Virus record (IMG/VR): IMGVR_UViG_3300042887_005324
Span: 64,001 to 128,000 of that record
Reading direction: 5' to 3' (one strand)
DNA from: a virus
DNA length: 64,000 nucleotides
Below are positions 59,988 to 64,000 of the stretch, piece by piece. The notes beneath the pieces are model-generated. The model saw nothing but the letters and a program-made list of their open reading frames with translations. It searched no databases and was not told the origin of the DNA. Position numbers and translations under genes: made by a program. Numbering within the stretch: the first letter of the stretch is position 1; each line of letters opens with the position of its first letter.

Positions 59988-60071
59988 TAAAATTCATTAA
60001 GATTTAACTTTATATATTAAAAATATAAGTGACCACTATAAACCAAATGAACATATTTAAATATAAAATTT

Positions 60072-60566
60072 ATGAAAAAGAAGAAGCTTAAAAAAATAGC
60101 TAAATTTATTTTTGATAGTGTTGAAAAAAAACAACTTAGATCTTCAGAAATAAAAGAAACATATGAATCTTCACTTGCTCTTTCATATGACGAAGAAACA
60201 TCGAATAAAATTTCAGATTTTATTCTCAATCTAATTACACTAGACTCTAAAATAAATCTTGAGATTAACGAAAACTATATAAACATCTATTGTAACTTAT
60301 CTCAATTCTCAAACCATTCAAAAGGAAATACTTTGACAAAAGATGAATCACTAGAATTAAACATAACAGACTCATCTCTAAGAATTAGAAAAGATTATGG
60401 TACTTATATTGTTTATAAAGATTCAGTTACTTTCAACAAATTAAAACCTATTCTTTTAGAGAAGCATCAAAAGAATTCAAACGAAGAGTTACAGAAAATC
60501 ATAAATGATGTAATGATTGTAACAAAATTATCAAGAGATAGTAATTTAAATATTCTACTCGATTAA
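60072..60566 (+). CDS. hypothetical protein (C-terminal RD motif)
   Basis: Ends LSRDSNLNILLD. Confidence 0.65.
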   Translation: MKKKKLKKIAKFIFDSVEKKQLRSSEIKETYESSLALSYDEETSNKISDFILNLITLDSKINLEINENYINIYCNLSQFSNHSKGNTLTKDESLELNITDSSLRIRKDYGTYIVYKDSVTFNKLKPILLEKHQKNSNEELQKIINDVMIVTKLSRDSNLNILLD

Positions 60567-60583
60567 AAATTAAAAATACTTAA

Positions 60584-62320
60584 ATGATTATAAGTGAAAT
60601 AGGAATTAAAGGATTCAAGAGTTTTGGAAACAATGAGCAAACTCTTAAACTAAATAATGAAAAAGGTGAACTAATTTTATTAACTGGTTCTAATGGTAAT
60701 GGTAAGTCATCATTCATTGAATCATTTGAATATGTTTTATATGGTAAAGTAAAGTCTATGAAAAAAAAGAAATGGGCTACCCTATCAACTTTACCTAACA
60801 GAATAAATAATGAGTTACAAAATAGAATCAAATTCGTTTCTAATGGTACTGAAATTGAAGTAATAAGAGGAATCAATCCAGGTACACTTAAACTAATAGA
60901 AAATGGTTTAGAAAACGACAGAGCAGGTAAAGCAAACTTAGATGAGAAAATTGAAAATTATATCGGAATGGATATTGAAACATTTAAGTCTTTTATTTCT
61001 ATGTCAATTAATGACTTCAAAAACTTTATAAGTCTATCAACTGACGAAAAACAGTTGCTATTAGATAAGTTATTTAACTTAGAAGTCATAAATATTTTGA
61101 ATCAAATTCTTAAAGACTTGAATAAAGTTAATAAAATTCAATTAGCAAAGTATGATTCTGAGATTTCTACACTAAATGATTCAATCTCATCTATACAAAG
61201 GTCTATTCAAAAAGCTATTGAAAAAGAAAAGTTGAATATTCAATCAGAAATTGATGAGATAAAAAAACAAATTGATGACAGAAAATCTGAATATCAATTA
61301 CTTAAAGAAAAAGTAGAAAAAATAAAAGTTAAAGAAAATGAACTTAAAACAGAACTTGATTCAGAAAAAGAACAATATATTAATCTCAACTCTGAGATTA
61401 AGTCTGCTCAAAAAGACATTGATTTATATGATTCAGGAAAGTGTCCTACTTGCGGAACCGATTTTGATAATGATCATTTCCACAATCTTAAAGATGTATT
61501 ATTAGAAAAAAAGAATTCATTAGAATCTCTTAGAAATGAAATAGAAGCAAACATCAGAGGCATTAAAGAAAAGCAAGTTAAACTTCAAGGTATTTCTGAT
61601 ACAACTACTAAGTCATTTAATGATATTACTTATTTGCTTAGAAACTATAAAACACAAATAGAAAAACTACAGTCTCAGAAAGATAGAGAATCTGGTCAAT
61701 CTAATGTCAATGTTGTCGAATTTGAAAATACAATAAAAGAATTAGAATCTAAAAAAGAAACTAGTGTTGAATATCAGACTATTTCTAAGGAAAAAGAACT
61801 CTACTATAAAGAACTCTCGAAAGTATTTGGTGAAGATGGTGTCAAAAAAACTATTATCTCAAGTATTATAAAGCCGATTAATCATTTTATCAACGATAAT
61901 GTTAAAAAGATGAGTCTTCCTTTTCAAGTTCAATTGGATGAAACATTTACGGCTCAAATCAAACAATTTGGCGGAGTAATTGAACATGATTCTTTATCGA
62001 CCGGTGAAACCAAAAAGATAAATATTAGTATTCTGATTGCTTATCTAAAGTTAATTAGAACTAAAAAACATATCAATATTCTTTTCTTAGATGAGATATT
62101 TTCAAGTATTGACATCGAGGGTTGCGAAGACATTCTAAACTTGTTAAAATCATTTGCAAATGATTACAATATTAATATCTTTGTAGTTCATCACGCTATA
62201 TTGAATCAAGAAGTTTTTGATAGAATCATACATATTAACAAAGATGTTTTTACAACAATAAATGAAATGAATATAGAAGGTGTAGAAGAAAATAAAATTG
62301 AGGAAAATGATTTTGTTTAA
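60584..62320 (+). CDS. SbcC/Rad50-like recombination ATPase (T4 gp46-like)
   Basis: Walker A GSNGNGKS, coiled coil with zinc hook CPTC, signature LSTGE, Walker B LFLDE. Confidence 0.92.
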   Translation: MIISEIGIKGFKSFGNNEQTLKLNNEKGELILLTGSNGNGKSSFIESFEYVLYGKVKSMKKKKWATLSTLPNRINNELQNRIKFVSNGTEIEVIRGINPGTLKLIENGLENDRAGKANLDEKIENYIGMDIETFKSFISMSINDFKNFISLSTDEKQLLLDKLFNLEVINILNQILKDLNKVNKIQLAKYDSEISTLNDSISSIQRSIQKAIEKEKLNIQSEIDEIKKQIDDRKSEYQLLKEKVEKIKVKENELKTELDSEKEQYINLNSEIKSAQKDIDLYDSGKCPTCGTDFDNDHFHNLKDVLLEKKNSLESLRNEIEANIRGIKEKQVKLQGISDTTTKSFNDITYLLRNYKTQIEKLQSQKDRESGQSNVNVVEFENTIKELESKKETSVEYQTISKEKELYYKELSKVFGEDGVKKTIISSIIKPINHFINDNVKKMSLPFQVQLDETFTAQIKQFGGVIEHDSLSTGETKKINISILIAYLKLIRTKKHINILFLDEIFSSIDIEGCEDILNLLKSFANDYNINIFVVHHAILNQEVFDRIIHINKDVFTTINEMNIEGVEENKIEENDFV

Positions 62321-62603
62321 AATCAAATCTGGTTATTATTATAATTTAACTTATTCAACTAATGACCAAATTGATTTTGATCCAACACTTTTATTGACTT
62401 CTGATATTGAACTCATAAGAGATTTAGAAGGAAAAATTGACTATAAGTCAATGATTGATATTGAAGACATATTAATAAATGAAAACAAAATTCAAGGTTA
62501 TTTTGTATCAAATTCAAGAGTTGATAAATGTCCAGTTTTTAAGATAGATTTAGAAAAAGAAATTAGAGATAATAAAATAAAAAATATAATAAATGAAAAA
62601 TAA
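62307..62603 (+). CDS. hypothetical protein (C-terminal RD motif)
   Basis: Ends EIRDNKIKNIINEK. Confidence 0.6.
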   Translation: MILFKIKSGYYYNLTYSTNDQIDFDPTLLLTSDIELIRDLEGKIDYKSMIDIEDILINENKIQGYFVSNSRVDKCPVFKIDLEKEIRDNKIKNIINEK

Positions 62604-62844
62604 AAAAAACATACTAAGATTTTTATTAATCTTTTTGATCTCGTTCATATTGTTTGAGATATTAGAACACTCGGTTGAATATATTTTTGATATAGATTTT
62701 CATAACTTAGAATGGGGTTGGGCAGGATTTATTGTTGTATATGGATTTAAGTACCATATATTCTGTTGTTTATTACCTGCAATATGGGCCGGATATAAAT
62801 GTAGACATAATAATTGTGAGCATGAATACTGTGAGCATAAATAA
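62593..62844 (+). CDS. small membrane protein with Cys/His-rich tail
   Basis: Hydrophobic segments, CCLLP..CRHNNCEHEYCEHK. Confidence 0.6.
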   Translation: MKNKKNILRFLLIFLISFILFEILEHSVEYIFDIDFHNLEWGWAGFIVVYGFKYHIFCCLLPAIWAGYKCRHNNCEHEYCEHK

Positions 62845-63052
62845 CAAATCATCGTTCGATCCAATAACATCATCTGGCGTAAATATTACTACTGCCTCAT
62901 CAATCACAATTGATAAAAACTTGATTGAATATATAGATTTATTATATCAATTATTAGGAGTAGATATTGATTTTGAAAGGTGGAAAAATATGAATCTTAG
63001 TGATCGAATCAACCTAATTAGAGATATAAAAATTAAAAAATTAATTGATTAA
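62822..63052 (+). CDS. hypothetical protein (C-terminal RD motif)
   Basis: Ends IRDIKIKKLID; start revised to ATG 62822. Confidence 0.6.
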   Translation: MNTVSINNKSSFDPITSSGVNITTASSITIDKNLIEYIDLLYQLLGVDIDFERWKNMNLSDRINLIRDIKIKKLID

Positions 63053-63055
63053 ATT

Positions 63056-63250
63056 ATGATTATTATTGAAATCGAACAAGGAAAAGATGGACTTGAGAAG
63101 TCGTTGAAAAAGTATAAAAGAAAATTCGACAAGCTTAAAATTATGAAATCTCTTAGAGATAGAAAATATTACAAAAAGAAATCTGTCAAAAGAAGAGAAG
63201 AGATTAATAAAGCTATATATGTTCAACAAAAATTTAAATCAGAAGACTAA
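63056..63250 (+). CDS. rpsU: 30S ribosomal protein bS21
   Basis: LEKSLKKYKRKFDK..LRDRKYYKKKSVKRREEINKAIY, Bacteroidota-like bS21. Confidence 0.9.
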   Translation: MIIIEIEQGKDGLEKSLKKYKRKFDKLKIMKSLRDRKYYKKKSVKRREEINKAIYVQQKFKSED

Positions 63251-63657
63251 TGGGATTTTTCAAAAGGTTTATTACTAAGGACTTAATACTTGCACAAAAA
63301 AATTGTGAGAGTGTATTGAATTTATTAGAAGCAGATGCAGTAGTCTTTGATACTTGGTCATCTAACTTCTTCAAAAGATTTGATGACAATTATAACGATT
63401 ATCAAGAAAAAAGACAAAAAAAGATTGAACAATATCAGTTCTCATCTTCTTATGCAAATATACAAGAATTTGACACACATCATATTTCTAATATTTTAAT
63501 AAATCTCAAAAATGAACCTTGTTGGATCGATATACATGTTTGTCTCGAAGCATTTAAGCCGGTTGAGATATCATCTAGAATAAGTGGTCAGTTTGAATTA
63601 CTTCGTGAATTTTGTATAAATCTGATTGAAAATAAACTCGAGAATGGATTTCAATAA
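63250..63657 (+). CDS. hypothetical protein
   Basis: 135 aa ORF coupled to rpsU. Confidence 0.65.
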   Translation: MGFFKRFITKDLILAQKNCESVLNLLEADAVVFDTWSSNFFKRFDDNYNDYQEKRQKKIEQYQFSSSYANIQEFDTHHISNILINLKNEPCWIDIHVCLEAFKPVEISSRISGQFELLREFCINLIENKLENGFQ

Positions 63658-64000
63658 AAATTATTATTCTATTTTAGGATTGAATTCTAATTCAACTGAA
63701 AAAGAAATAAAGAAGTCTTACTATAAATTATCTTTTACACACCATCCTGACAAAGGTGGTGACGAATTAATTTTCTCTGAAATAACAGAGGCATATGATA
63801 TTTTGATGGATGAAAAATCTAGAGAAGAATATGATAAAAAAAGTAAATGGGGTTCAAATTATGATGAATCAATTGAACTTTTGAACTATGAGTTTAGTAA
63901 TACAGCAAAAGGATGGGATGAAGAAAAACTAACTGGTTGGATAAATGAGAATCAATTAAATATTTTAATATACATAGATGATTCATTTGATGGTAAAGTT
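63644..64000 (+). CDS. DnaJ (J-domain) protein, 3'-truncated by window edge
   Basis: MDFNKNYYSILGL..EIKKSYYKLSFTHHPDKGG..ITEAYDIL (HPD motif). Confidence 0.88.
   Translation, partial: MDFNKNYYSILGLNSNSTEKEIKKSYYKLSFTHHPDKGGDELIFSEITEAYDILMDEKSREEYDKKSKWGSNYDESIELLNYEFSNTAKGWDEEKLTGWINENQLNILIYIDDSFDGKV

Noticed and set aside
59980-59997. Short ATG..TAG mini-ORF (MNFSG*) overlapping the GTG start of the giant fibre gene
   Set aside because: Out of frame with the fibre gene, and read-through meets TAA after four codons; no evidence of function
60017-63229. Minus-strand ORFs 60017..60229, 60580..60876 and 63041..63229
   Set aside because: Antisense shadows of the 60072 gene, the gp46-like gene and rpsU
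1-64000. Genome-wide TAG reassignment (genetic code 15)
   Set aside because: Coding density is high under code 11, giant ORFs have no internal TAG, and several genes end at TAG

Overview
AT-rich, gene-dense segment of a very large T4-superfamily (jumbo/huge) dsDNA phage. The host is probably a member of Bacteroidota: there are several TTTG-N19/20-TATATTTG promoters, a Bacteroidota-type bS21 gene and almost no Shine-Dalgarno motifs. The window holds two blocks of large virion or appendage genes (1-25 kb: LamG lectins, a Cys-rich IIGGxxN-repeat fibre, a WxxG-repeat protein; 48.6-60 kb: collagen-like fibres). It also has a PAPS/sulfotransferase/glycosyltransferase cluster, auxiliary metabolic genes (phoH, metK, cysK, greA, PCD, Nudix, HADs), recombination genes (UvsX, RuvC-like, gp46/SbcC), two free-standing homing endonucleases, rpsU and four tRNA or tRNA-like genes. 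Most striking: a non-canonical tRNA-like gene with a CUA (amber-reading) anticodon lies directly upstream of a gene that begins ATG-ATG-TAG and then stays open for about 250 codons, in a genome that otherwise uses TAG as stop. This looks like a dedicated, gene-specific amber read-through switch. Other points of note are a group I intron in tRNA-Arg(UCU) next to an HNH nuclease, three promoter classes, a T4-like N-terminal capsid-targeting leader on many late proteins including enzymes, and a shared C-terminal RDxK(I/L)xx(I/L) tag on many small proteins. All assignments come from reading motifs by eye; no database searches were run.
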